From the NCBI GenBank assembly GCA_964016885.1, contig OZ024745.1, positions 103,602,001 through 103,666,000 on the forward strand: DNA of 64,000 nucleotides. Direction: 5' to 3'. The first letter of the stretch is position 1. Each line of letters starts with the position of its first letter. The notes beneath the pieces are model-generated. The model was not told where the DNA came from and made no database searches. It worked only from the letters and a program-made list of their open reading frames with translations. The translations under genes were made by a program, and so were the position numbers. The stretch is from Eledone cirrhosa (taxonomy: Eukaryota). Shown in pieces: positions 1 through 12,849 of the stretch.

Positions 1-460
1 TGAAGGTCACAGAAAGAGTTATAGTGCAACTAATCAGAGAGCGAATTGATCTAGATGAAATGCAGTTTGGGTTTGTGTCAGATAAAAGTATCACAGACGC
101 TCTTTTCCTTGTACGACAACTGCAGGAGAAGTACCTAGCTAAAAGTAAATCCCTATACTTAGCTTTTATTGACTTGGAGAAGTCCTCCGTTCCATTATCT
201 GGTGGGCTCTTAGAAAACTAGGTGTTGATGAATGGCTTGTGAGAGCTATACAAGCCATGTATAAAGAAACAGTCAGCAAGGTTAGAATTAACAACGAATA
301 TAGTGAAGAATTTAGCATAAAAGTTGGTGTTCATCAGGGCTCTGTCCTTAGCCCCCTCCTATTTATTATTGCCCTTCAGGCTATAACAGAGGAGTTCAAG
401 AGCGACTGCCCATGAGAACTCCTATATGCAGATGATCTAACGCTCATAGCCGAATCAATG
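1..460 (+). mobile_element. RTE-clade LINE reverse transcriptase fragment (frameshift and stop)
   Basis: Translates to QFGF...DALFLVRQLQEKY...LAFIDLEK, then after a frameshift VGVHQGSVLSPLLF and ELLYADDL (RT motifs); in-frame TGA. Confidence 0.9.
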
Positions 461-572
461 GACAGTCCTATATGAGCAATCTTGCCTCAACCAATATTGC
501 CTCAAGTGGGACAATTCCCGTCTAAACCCATGCTAGCGTGGAAGATAGACATTAAACGATGATGATGATGAT
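461..572 (+). mobile_element. RTE-type 3' tail ending in (GAT)n
   Basis: aacccatgctagcgtggaagatagacattaaacgatgatgatg, a tail found at more than 10 sites in the window. Confidence 0.75.
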
Positions 573-1285
573 GGTAACATCATTTGCATTTCTTTCTAAA
601 CATAAAATCACACAGATTCACACAGACAAACACACACTCATACTCACATACATATGTGAAAAGTAAATGGATAAATAACATGACAAAATAATACAGTACA
701 ATGAAGATCTATATTAGTTTAATGCTTGATAGAGTTTGAAAAGAGTCTTAATGTATGTATATATATATATATATATATTGTTAATAATATATATATATGT
801 TAATAATAAAAAGGACGAGGTGTTAGATCTTCACTACATTTAGTGAGGTGTGTCGTTTCATGATTGATCAACTCAAGGCTCAATCTGTATCAATTGGGCC
901 CGACTCTGGAATCAAAACTCTCAACATATTCAACAGAAAATATCTAAAAACAGGTTTGTTAGTTCAAATGTTTATAGTATGTTTACTAACAGATAAATCA
1001 TTATGAAAATCTGCAGTAAAGACTTTAAATTATTTAAAATAAAAATTTTTTTTAGTAATGCAATCACAGGGCTATTTTGTACTTTTCAAGAATGTCTTGT
1101 AAATATTGTTTGATGCAGTACAAGACGTTAAGAGTTAATGCAATATCATTGCTAAACCAATAAAAAGAAAAAATTGCAGTCGTGTTATTTTTCTCTTAGA
1201 CTGCTGGTCTAATAAAAAAAATACATATATTTTGCTGGGTCATAAAAATAGAACATGTTAATGTCAGTGATTTTCTAAGCTTTAC

Positions 1286-1316
<31 letters not shown>

Positions 1317-1583
1317 AGAGAAAACAGTTTTCAGCTGACTAGGCAAACTGCAAACAGTGCATGTTTTAACTAACAAAGATAATTCAATATTTACAAGCAA
1401 ATAAGCAGGAACACTGTAACTCTTAAAACTTCAACTGACTGAAATTTTCTGTATTTTCATTGCAATAATATATTTCATACATTTACATACATTGTATGCA
1501 AAGTTCGAACATTGGAAGTGCTGAGGTTCATAGAAAATGTAGTATACTCAGATGCAGAAAAATAATTGTAAATACAGTCGTTT

Positions 1584-1636
<53 letters not shown>

Positions 1637-1638
<2 letters not shown>

Positions 1639-2096
1639 AGTTATGTAATAAACAACATAAGATAATTATTTCATTTACCAGTGGTTTCTTGAGGGCAGAT
1701 GTTGTGTCTGTCTTCAGTCGTCAGAATGAATAAATAACATGGTGTTTTTATTAAATATGGATTTGAAAACAAAATTTAGGAAATATGAAAGTGAGACTGA
1801 AAAAAACGGGCGAAAAGGAAATAGGGGAAAATAATATAAAAAATATATATATAAAAAAATAAATAAATATCCAGAACATAAACATACACACACTCAACTA
1901 CGCGCATATACGTAATAGTACGTAGACGTATATTTTCTTACATAGGCGTATTTGCGTCTACATAGAAATACGGACAGCAACATAAATACATACACATACA
2001 TATACACAGATATATATGCACTCAAAAATGTACACACAAATACGGGAAGTAGTTTAGAAACAGGAATAACTAAATAAATAAATAAGAACAAAAAAT

Positions 2097-2100
<4 letters not shown>
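1637..2100 (-). repeat. About 460 bp hammerhead-bearing pLTR-like unit; inverted copy at 7950-8408
   Basis: Near-identical reverse complement of 7950-8408; flanked by (TA)n. Confidence 0.9.
1670..1730 (-). ncRNA. Type I hammerhead ribozyme (minimal, palindromic stem III)
   Basis: Minus strand: ttcatt CTGACGA ctgaagacaga-cacaaca-tctgccctcaa GAAA ccac tgGTA aatgaa. Confidence 0.8.
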
Positions 2101-2177
<77 letters not shown>

Positions 2178-2216
2178 GATATTAATAAATGGAAACTATA
2201 TTTATAAAACCATATT

Positions 2217-2281
2217 TATTTCATTATACATATTTCAGGGATACCAAATTAAATTATGGTATGCCTTCATCAGACAAAATA
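2217..2281 (-). ncRNA. Type I hammerhead ribozyme
   Basis: Minus strand: tattttgt CTGATGA aggcatacca-taatttaatt-tggtatccct GAAA tatgtATA atgaaata. Confidence 0.75.
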
Positions 2282-2449
2282 CAATATATAACAGTTTTAC
2301 AAATAAGCTTTGACGTACCCTTTTAAAATGCAACCATTATTTTCGGAAGCCATCTGGATAGTATGTCTACTCCAAATACTTGTCGAGTGCTTTATCTCAG
2401 TTATAAAAATATTTACTTGTTGTATCCCAACAATTTTAAATAGAACTTT

Positions 2450-2499
<50 letters not shown>

Positions 2500-2764
2500 A
2501 AAATAAAAATAAAAAACAAAATAAAGTCAAAAAGGGGACGTGTTGACAACGAAAAGTGAGTGTGTCGGTGGAGGGGGGATAAATAAAAACAACTTAAAAA
2601 TAAACAAATACACACGATATGCAGCATATACATATATATATACATATATACACATATACATGCATATATACCTATACACACATACAAACAGACACACATA
2701 AATGTATATATATATATAAAATAAATATACGTACATATACATATATATATGCATATATATATGA

Positions 2765-3090
2765 TGGCTGCTCCCTCGTTATCGAGTATGGCCATTACAC
2801 GATATACCATTATTAATTAATTCTATGGTGCAATGCCTGTGCGTGAAGATATTTTTTAAAGTGAGGAAAGACTGTGCACTGAGCCAATCCCACTCTCTGA
2901 GCGACAGTATCTATAACCCGAAAAGAAGAAAAGATCAACATCATCGGTAACTACTGAGCCGCAGGTTTTATATCGGAGTTACCCCAGTTTCCTGAATTGT
3001 CTTCTAGAAGAATGCCCTGACAAAGGCTAGGGGTCCTTCACTCCCAGTGATTTAACCGCGTGATCGGGTGTCCAGCCCGACTATTTCTAT
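2765..3090 (-). mobile_element. Non-coding interspersed repeat, RTE-5'UTR-like; homolog of 6380-6810
   Basis: Shares gacccc(t)agcctttgtca...ctc(c/t)gatata...atgatgttga...gagagtggga...gtgcag with 6587-6780. Confidence 0.6.
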
Positions 3091-3475
3091 GTCCCCGCGC
3101 ATATACATACACATGCACCCATGTGCATATATACACATATACATACATATGTACATGTGTATATACATATTTACAACACTTTTGGATGGCCGTTGACTTT
3201 TATGAGTTCTTCCGCCCTTTGTATATATATATACATACATATATACACACACATATACATATACACATACATACATACATATACATACATACATATACAC
3301 ACACATACGCATACTAAAAAAAACTACAATAAAATAGATAGATGAATCTCAAAGGTACCTAACCCACGTACATACGTTCACATACGCGCGCGCACACACG
3401 CACGCAATAAAAAATCAACACATGCATACAAATAAACATATACGTAAATCCATACACACATATATACAAAAACAT

Positions 3476-3530
<55 letters not shown>

Positions 3531-3610
3531 TAGATAGATAGATAGATAGATAGATATATAAACATACAATGATATTAAATAAATGGAAACTATATTTATA
3601 AAACCATATT

Positions 3611-3671
3611 TATTCTATTATATATATTTCAAGGGTACCAACATTTTGGTTCGCTATCATCAGATAAAATA
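3611..3671 (-). ncRNA. Type I hammerhead ribozyme in Penelope 3' pLTR
   Basis: Minus strand: tattttat CTGATGA tagcgaacca-aaatgt-tggtaccctt GAAA tatatATA atagaata; 3568-3840 is a diverged direct repeat of 2176-2450. Confidence 0.75.
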
Positions 3672-4769
3672 CGAAGTGTGTTTTATAAATTTTGACATAA
3701 CCATTGAGAATATACCTTAACGGTTCAAGTTTTCCTTTAATATCATTTTATATTATACTCCAGAAAATCTGTCGAGTGCTTTGAATCAGTTATAAACATT
3801 ATACTTGTTGAATTACCAACAAATTGAATATCTCTTCTGCTTATATATAAATATATATATACACATGCACATGTATACATAAATATACACACACACACAC
3901 CTATACATACACACACATATATAAATATACACACACACATACACGTGCGTGTGTGTGTACATAAACATATAGGCAGACAAACACACACCCTCGCAGGTGG
4001 GAGTATAAAAGGGAGGTACCAAAAAATGAAAAAATGAAAAAATTATATACTCCAGAAGAGCTGTTGAGTGCTTCAAATCAGTTAAAATTATATATTTATA
4101 ACCGACAAAATAAATATCCCTATGCTTATAAATACGCGTACACATACATATATATACATACATATATATACATACACATATATATGAATAAATATTTATA
4201 TATATATATATATATACACATATATACATATATATATATATATACACACATAAACACACACATACATACATATAAATAATAAAAAAACACGTATATATGT
4301 ATGTACACATAAGCCTGTCTGCATATGCACCCACATACAACCTTATGTGAGTACACTTAAAAAACTTAGTGGGTAAGTAAGGACAAGGGGGAGTAAAATT
4401 GAGATCAATTAATTAAAAAAATGTTTATGAACAGGTAAGGGAGGAAAGGTGTGTAAAAGTTGTAGTAGAGAGTGAGTGTCTGTGATGAGATCTGTATAAT
4501 GGTATATAGTTAAAATGTGATCTGGGTAAAGGATGAAGGTGGTGGGTGTGTATGTGTTAAAGGTATGGTAGGAAGTTAGGGGGGGGGGATTATAAGTCAA
4601 AGGAAAAAATAAATAAAAAAATTAAAAAATTAAAAAAATATATAGAAAGAGATGAGGGAGAAAAAGTATATATTGGTAGAAAGAAGGTGTTTATAAGGTG
4701 ATGATATTGGTAGTGAGTGGAAGGGGTGATAAGTAAAGAAGAAGCTCAAGGTGGTTGAGTAATCGTTGG

Positions 4770-5797
4770 TGTGTTAATCCAGTTAAAAAGTAGATGCGAT
4801 TTCAGGTGCGGACAACATCTAAAGATCTCGGTCTTCGAGTTGAGACAAGTGGGAGGGGTTTTCAAGTTTTGGAGAATTCTAAATTTTTCCGTAGTACATA
4901 AAGAACATTTCTTTGTGCCCCTTTGGTATTTTCTTGAATGGTCGAAAATAGAACAATCAATAGTGTACGGAATGTTTTTTTGTCTTTAAACTCCCACACT
5001 TTATTTGCCAGCGTCGTTGCTGTTCTTTTTTCAGGGTGTTTAAAAAAGCGACATGTGCATAGTACCTGGTTTTAAATCTGTCATGAGTCATGCCAACATA
5101 TCGTTCACGCCTGGATGGCTGGTTATTAATCATCGGTGTCAATTTGGCCTCATACACAATAGATTTGGTATTACATTTACCCTGTAATGGGCATTCTTCC
5201 GGCTTCCTGCAACTGCATCCTGGATTTACTCTAGTACCATTAGAGATGGTAATTTTAGTTTTCATTGATGAGCAGCAAGAGTATCTGATTTTAACTACAT
5301 TTCTATTGAATATCTTATTACATCTATGATTAGGGGGGAAATGTTTGTCTAGGAGGTCGAGGAATTTTCTTCCTACGTTAGTTTTAACAGTTAGAGAGAA
5401 GGGGGTGTAAACCAAATAATTTTTCTTTTCCTGTTATTGTGTTTAGTGTTAGAAAGAGGAGTAGGTAAATATTTAATTTGTTCGGCGAAGCCGCTGTTAT
5501 TGAGGGCCTTATTATAATAAGGGGTGGCTTTGTTAAAAATGTCTATAGACGAAGATAAGGTAGAAATCCTATGGCTAATGTTAGGAATAAGATTTTTAAA
5601 GACTATAGGGGGATGGCATGACTCTTTGTGTATATATCTTCAATTTTCATTAGGTTTATGATAAGGTTTAAAAGAGGCGGTAAGTAGGTCAAGATTGATA
5701 TTAAGAAAGTTAGTATTAGTATGATTCGTATCTATAGTAATTTTAAGGTTTAGGTTAGCAAAGGTATTGATTAAGTCTTTACGGAATTTATCAAGGT
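4770..5797 (-). mobile_element. Penelope-like element (Neptune-like), RT thumb + GIY-YIG endonuclease, 5' truncated and degenerate
   Basis: Translates to NFLNINLDL..FKPYHKPN, HPP..FKNL, RKRKIIW, CSCRKPEECPLQGKC, SIVYEAK..YVGMT..FKTRYYAH, CSLCTTEK, LNSKTEI..CPH. Confidence 0.9.
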
Positions 5798-6146
5798 TAT
5801 GTACACACAGAGACGCACATGTATGTGTGTGTGTGTATATATTTATATATGTGTGTGTATGTATAAGGGTGTGTGTGTGTGTGTATATTTATGTATACAT
5901 GTGCGTGTGTATATATATATATAAATATATATATATGTGTATGTATGTATATATATATATATATATATATACATGTACATATATATATATATAAATATAT
6001 ATATATATACACACGCACATGTATACATAAATATACACACACACCCCTATACAAACACTATCCAGCGAATTTTCAACCGTCAATGTTGTTTTCCATGGTT
6101 ATGTCACTATTTATAAAAAGAATTTGTATTTTATCTGATGAAAGCG
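5798..6146 (+). repeat. Inverted pLTR copy at the 5' truncation point of the Penelope element
   Basis: Reverse complement of about 3660-3965, ending in the 5' half of the hammerhead (gtattttatCTGATGA at 6135-6141). Confidence 0.75.
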
Positions 6147-6375
6147 CACTAGTACATCGTTCCTTTGTCAGTGTTGAACAAAAGGGCAACGATGGTTGCT
6201 AAACACCGTACGGCTTAATTCGGGATGTTTGTTTACAAAAAAACGAACATTATAATAAATGTTCGGTAAATCCATATGTACATATATATATGTGCATGTA
6301 TGTATATATATATATACATACTACTGTACGTCTGTATACATATATGTATGTACGTATACATACTTATATATATAT
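6147..6375 (+). repeat. Single arm of the palindromic hammerhead element family (53238-53920)
   Basis: actagtacatcgttcctttgtcagtgttg...cattataataaatgttcggtaaa matches 53690-53920. Confidence 0.8.
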
Positions 6376-6379
6376 ATGT

Positions 6380-6810
6380 GTCAGGTCACCAGTTGGTGCT
6401 ACTGGTAACATGTATCCCAGTACAACCTGTCCCATGGTCGGGTCGTTGGCGACTAAACTGGCAACCCCACCAAGGTTTCTTGGTGAGGAGGGTGACTTTG
6501 GACATCCTGCAGGACTAAAAACAAAACCTGTCAAAGGGCAAAGGAGCTCTTAAGAGTCAATGGCCATCCAAAATCACCGGGAGAGATGACCCCTTAGCCT
6601 TTGTCAAGGCAGAATTCTAGGAGAAGGAAAACTCTGATATAACACCTGCAACCCTGATGGTATCCAATGATGTTGACTTGTTCTTCTTTTTGGTAAATAT
6701 CATCTTGGTTAAGAGAGTGGGACTGGCTTTGTGCAGTGCCTTTGCTCACTATAAAAGCTTCACGGCACAGGCATTGCTTTATATCTGGAGATCTCTCTGC
6801 ACTTGTCGTC
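6380..6810 (+). mobile_element. RTE-5'UTR-like structured non-coding repeat
   Basis: Contains ctaggagaaggaaaactctg (resembles RTE 5' UTRs) and several hairpins at its 5' end. Confidence 0.5.
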
Positions 6811-7007
6811 ACATGGTACCATGGGCCCAGCACTATGTGTCAGTAATTGTCACAAGTGTAGTGTTTGTACCAGAGTTTTCAAGTCGCTGGCTGGACTAAA
6901 AAGTCACACTCGTTCAGCGCATCGGTAGGGGTTCTCCTACATGGATATAAAGTAGTGGCCGTACTCGAAAACGAGTTGGCAGCCACCATATATATATATA
7001 TATATAT

Positions 7008-7052
7008 ATATTTCGTATCTCCAAAGAAATGCGGTTTTAGGAAGCCGTAGCT

Positions 7053-7150
<98 letters not shown>

Positions 7151-7577
7151 GGTGTTTGCATAGCGACAGCTTCCTAAAACCGTATTTCTTTGGAGATACG
7201 AAATATTTATACACATTGTATAAAGCTATGCTTGAAGCGAAATCCTATTTCTTTTTTATTATAAGTTGAGCCAACTTATGCAGCTTCATATGCCAATGAG
7301 ATTAATCACCTCATTTACACAGACGAGAAAAGTATATATTCTTGCCTGTCTTCTAGTCTACCAGTCGCAAGCGGTGGGATGGACCATCCTGGCGAAGGCC
7401 AGTTAAGCCTGAAATGCATAGACGGTTGTCCCCCTTGCTTCTGCTGGGCGTTACCCCCCCCCCTCCCCGGTGTTTGCATAGCTACGGCTTCCTAAATCCG
7501 TATTTCTTTGGAGATACGAAATATTTATACATATTGTATAAAGCTATGCTTGAAGCGAAATCCTATTTCTTTTTTAT
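7008..7577. repeat. Hairpin with (TG)n loop (7008-7205) plus direct duplication 7146-7258 / 7466-7577
   Basis: tttcgtatctccaaagaaatgcggttttaggaagc is inverted versus gcttcctaaaaccgtatttctttggagatacgaaa; the right arm is repeated again. Confidence 0.8.
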
Positions 7578-7594
7578 ATATATTTATATATATA

Positions 7595-7864
7595 TATTGT
7601 TATACTTTGGGAGGGTCATGTTGCCAATAAGAAACACACGCACCAGTTGCTTTCACTTCAATTTATTATAATAAATTTATAAATTTAGGAATTTATAAAT
7701 TTCTGGTTGGTTGGTTGGTTCCACAACCAGATAGTGGAATCAACCAACCAGCCAGAAATTTATAAATTCCTAAATTTATAAATTTATTATAATAAATTGA
7801 AGTGAAAGCAACTGGTGCGTGTGTTTCTTATTGGCAACATGACCCTCCCAAAGTATAACAATAT
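7595..7864. repeat. Near-perfect 270 bp palindrome with about 10 nt loop
   Basis: atattgttatactttgggagggtcatg...ttccac | gtggaa...catgaccctcccaaagtataacaatat. Confidence 0.92.
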
Positions 7865-7918
7865 CGGTTTCAACACACGATTTCAGATAAAGAATCTTGC
7901 CAAACAAATTCAGAAACG

Positions 7919-7949
<31 letters not shown>

Positions 7950-7953
<4 letters not shown>

Positions 7954-8408
7954 ATTTTTTGTTCTTATTTATTTATTTAGTTATTCCTGTTTCTAAACTA
8001 CTTCCTGTATTTGTGTGTACATTTTTGAGTGTATATATATCTGTGTATATGTATGTGTAGGTATTTATGTTCCTGTCCGTAATTTTATGTAGACGCAAAT
8101 ACGCTTATGTGAGAAAGTATACGTCTAAGTACTATTACGTATATGCGTGTAGTTGAGTGTGTGTATGTTTATGTTCTGGATATTTTTTTTTTTTTATATA
8201 TATTTTTTATATTTTTTCCCCTATTTCCTTTTCGCCCGTTTTTTCCAGCCTCACTTTCATATTTCCTAAATTTTGTTTTCAAATCCATATTTAATAAAAA
8301 CACCATGTTATTTATTCATTCTGACGACTGAAGACAGACACAACATCTGCCTTCAAGAAACCACTGGTAAATGAAATAATTATCTTATGTTGTTTATTAC
8401 ATAACTAA
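7950..8408 (+). repeat. Inverted copy of 1637-2100 (pLTR-like)
   Basis: Reverse-complement match; ORF-track peptides 1894-2100 (-) and 7815-8060 (+) share the same sequence. Confidence 0.9.
8315..8375 (+). ncRNA. Type I hammerhead ribozyme (minimal)
   Basis: ttcatt CTGACGA c tgaag a caga cacaaca tctg c cttca a GAAA ccac tgGTA aatgaa; stem III ACCA-C-TGGT, triplet GUA. Confidence 0.85.
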
Positions 8409-9401
8409 TAAGCTCTGTAGCCTACATAGAGCACTCTTTTTTCCTGTACCTTTCCGACGGAAATATTTCATTTATATATATATATATACACGCACATGTA
8501 TATATATATATATATATACACATATATATTATATATATATATATATATTACATATATATATGTACAGAAAGTTCAGTAAATCTGAAGAAAACTGGTGTGA
8601 GAACCAATGTCAGCATTCGGTGCAGAGCAGAGTGTATACAATAAGAATAAAGTGGAGACGTTCCTTAGGAGATTTATTGCTCAATCCTGGTTACAAATGT
8701 TTCTCAAGCAACTGGCTCGTGATCTGGGATGGCACCCCCAGACCAGACTCCAAGTTTGCCTGATCCTCAGACGAGTGTTAACACAAAAAAAATCACATCA
8801 AATCTGTGGACGAACCAGCCAGACACAAACAAGCATATAGAATGACCAAAGACAGGCCTAGAATTCAACGGACGCACCTATCTCGAACATTACAAGAAAT
8901 AACCGTTATAAGCAAAAACAAAAATAATGGATATAAATAAATAAATTCACGTATATACGATCACATATATACATATACACATCCCCACACACATGCATAT
9001 ATATATATATACACACACACACACAAACATTCCTATATGAGCAAGACAGGGTCAGCCAACTGGACACTGCCCACAACAGGACAACCCGTCTAATCCATGC
9101 TAGCATGGAAGAACAGACGTAAAGCGGTGATGATGATGATGATGATGATGATGATACACATAAAAAAAACATGTAAGAAAAAGGATGTTGGTGCTGTGGG
9201 ATGAGTACTGGGGCTACCATGGCAGGACACTGTCAGTAGCTCACTATGAGATTGGCAAACAGATGGGTCCTTCGTTGCATACAATTACTAAGAATCTCAA
9301 ACCTAGAGTTGATCGCCTGTCCCCATAGCTTGAGGATCTCCAAACTTTCACAGATACATATTGTCAATTACGATTTTATTTGATGTATCATATCTACATG
9401 C

Positions 9402-9722
9402 ATATAAAATGCATTACATATAAAATATGCATTACATATAAAATGCATTACATATAAAATATGCATTACATATAAAATATGCATTACATATAAAATGCAT
9501 TACATATAAAATATGCATTACATATAAAATGCATTACATATAAAATATGCATTACATATAAAATGCATTACATATAAAATATGCATTACATATAAAATAT
9601 GCATTACATATAAAATATGCATTACATATAAAATATGCATTACATATAAAATATGCATTACATATAAAATGCATTACATATAAAATATGCATTACATATA
9701 AAATATGCATTACATATAAAAT
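9402..9722. repeat. 16-18 bp minisatellite (atataaaat[at]gcattac)n
   Basis: About 18 tandem copies visible. Confidence 0.95.
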
Positions 9723-11914
9723 ACACATACTAGAAGAAAACCACCCGAAGGGTGCTTTTTCTGCTAGTGTACCTAATACACTTTCCAAAGTGGTTAACAA
9801 CCTAAGTAAGACAACATAGTGTCAAGAGGACCCTACTGAGAATATAACAACTTCTCTGTTGCTGGTGCTACAATCAAGTACACCCAGTATGCTCTAAAGA
9901 GATTGGTGTTAGGAAGAGCATTCAACTGTAGAAACTATGCAAAAAATACAATTTAAGATATGTTCCTTCAAACTATCTAGTAACTCTGAATAAGAACTAA
10001 CTGCACCAACCTATCCAACCCAAGCCTATATAGAAAGGAGATGTAATAAAATGATGATGATGATAATATAGTGTATAGCCTTGTTGAAAAGATTCAAATT
10101 ATTGATCAGTATTTTTATTCATTTTCATTCAGTCAGCTGTGATTTTGAAATGTTTATGTAATCCTTTGTATACATGGAGCTTTGTATGTTTATCTATGAG
10201 CTTCTTTATGCATAGGAATGCATTTACACACACACACATATAGACATCTATTCAGATATGCATTTGCATGTATTTTTATTGTTCTTATTATTAAAGAAAA
10301 CATTATTGTTGTTGTTCTTGTTTTTGTTTATCACAAGTGAGCTCTGATGGAGCAAATAGTAGGGAGTAGTTTGAGAAAATATTTAGCAGCCTATTCTAGC
10401 AGCTGAAGAAACCCTATTGGGGTTACCCTATTATCTCATTTAAACATTGTTTAACCCCAGATCAACTTTGATTGAGCACACCTATAATAAAATCATTCTA
10501 ACCATGAACAGCCTGTTGTATTCTTTGTTTTCAATCAGTATACATGGATTACATTATCTATTGTGTCAGTTCTTTTGTTTTTAAAATGGTAGGTTATGAA
10601 ATGATGGAATCTTGAAGCATTCTTACTAACTCAGTAGAAGCTTCCTTGGATTGTAGAGGCTTTTTCCTTGACTTGTGTATTTAGATGTTTACATTGATGC
10701 TTAGCTAAGTTAGAAATCAATAACGCAGACAGGAAAATAAAATAAATAAAAAAAAACAGACAGCTAAACAAAGTCTATAATATGAAAAATATTATCAAGT
10801 AGACAGGTCAAGACTGACAAGGACAAACACTGACCAACATAGCCGAAGAGATGCATATATGGGAAGAGAGTTAAAGAGGTAAGAAAGACAGAGACTAACA
10901 TAAAGACATACAGATATACAGAAACGTGAAAGTGGGTGATCTAATGGAGACAGAAGAGAAAGAGGAAGAGTGTGGAGGAGATAACATAACAAGAGCCTAA
11001 GAAAAGTTGAGATTGTATGAGCAAAAACAATTAGTAAAATTCACAAATAAGATATCATCTCTCCTCAAACATATCTTATGAATAATTGACAAACCACACA
11101 CACACACATATATATGTCTGTGTATCCTCATCCTCCTTATCATCATGTAATGTCTATTTCCCCCCACTTGTATGAGTTAGCTGGGTTGTCACATTAAGAG
11201 ACAAATCAGTTTCGGAGACCACATCATGCTCATAGAGATCTGTATTTTGGCTTGATTTCTATGGCTGGATGCCCTTCCTAACCCCAACCATATATATAAG
11301 AGAGAAAGAGATACATAAGTATACAGATAAATAGAACTTTATATATATATATTCTCAAAAATGAGTAACAACTCATACAGACTCAACTTTAAATAAACAT
11401 TATTATTAGACTCTACCTAACAGTATTGAGTTCTTTCTTTATATAGTTTCATTTCACTCCAGTGTGAAACCATCATCCATGGTATATATAAGAAATGATG
11501 ATGTTTTTAGAGAATGGTGAAACATACAAATTCTTTAAAAGTAAAAGACAACCCAAATCCTGCCAAAAATTACAAACTACCACCAAATTACACACTAAAA
11601 GTAGAACTCCAACTGTCAATATTAATCTTCTTAAAATCGTATGGTATATGTTTAAATAAAGACAAATGTTTACTATAAAGAATCACTTCACTTATACATT
11701 AAGAAATGTATGTTATTAAATGTAATAAAGATTACATAAGGCATCCGTCTGACCCATGGAAGAAGGGAAAAATGGACGTTAAATGGTAACAATGATGATG
11801 ATGAAACAAAACAAACAATATTAACTCTAAGGAACAGGAGAAATGCTCATCATAAGCTGATAAAAGAATACCTACTACAAGATAAATACTCATTAATAAA
11901 CATTGGACTTAAGT

Positions 11915-12280
11915 GCTTCTTCTTCTTCTCCTACTTATTCCTGAGGGGGTTGTGAGGGAAGAGTCCTCAAACACTCCTTCCAGCGGGTCCTGTCTGAAGC
12001 AACCATCTCCAACTGGTCCAACTGGATCCCCAAGCATGACCAGCCAAGCTCATGGATGTTATCCAACCAGCTTGCTCGGGGTCTACCCCTGGGTCTCTTG
12101 CTGGTTGGTTTTTGCCTGTAAAAATCTTTCCTGAGACAGTCTAACCACATGCTCATAGTATCAGATCTGTGATCTCTCAATTCAGAGTAACTCTCTTATC
12201 TCTGAGTTACATACACTATTGAGTAACGTTACTCCAAAGACCTTTCAAAGGAATCCCATTTCGGTTGCTTGTATTCGTGT
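11915..12280 (-). mobile_element. LINE 3' end fragment (RTE-like) with (GAA)n tail
   Basis: RPRGRPRASWLDNI...ASDRTRWK...PPQE*; same family at 35268-35485. Confidence 0.75.
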
Positions 12281-12849
12281 GACTTATGTGCAATAAATTC
12301 ACAATATACCAAATTTTCTTCTTGTATTAATGTGCTAAGAAAATTAAATAATAAATTCAGATAAATAAAGAAAATGGATTTACTAAGAAATACCAACCAA
12401 AAATAAATAGATTATGACACATTCAAATCAGAAAATTTAAGAGGACATTTCTTGTCACTAAAACAAACATTCAAAATGATACACACACCAACATCTATAA
12501 GATACATAGTTACTATTCAAATTCAAAAATTCCATATTCAAAATAACCAATCAAATTAATACTTTCACCAGAATCTGTATGTTGTTAGGGTTAGGGTTAT
12601 CGAATCTGAGATTTTGATGTCACTTATTTTGAGAAAAATACCTTAACAGTTGTGGTCAGTTTGAAGAGAAAGAGGTGAGAGAATTCTGGCCGGATATGGC
12701 CAGTTTCAATGCTAAAAAGTTGCTCCCCAAGATTGAAGGATGTAAGGCAAAGTTGTTTTCAGTGGAATATGAAGTCAGACCACAAAGAGTCAGAACATGG
12801 CATTTGTCTGATGTTCTAACGATCCTGCTAATTGACTGACCTATACTAT

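Noticed and set aside
12584-12598. Interstitial telomere repeat
   Set aside because: Only two TTAGGG units
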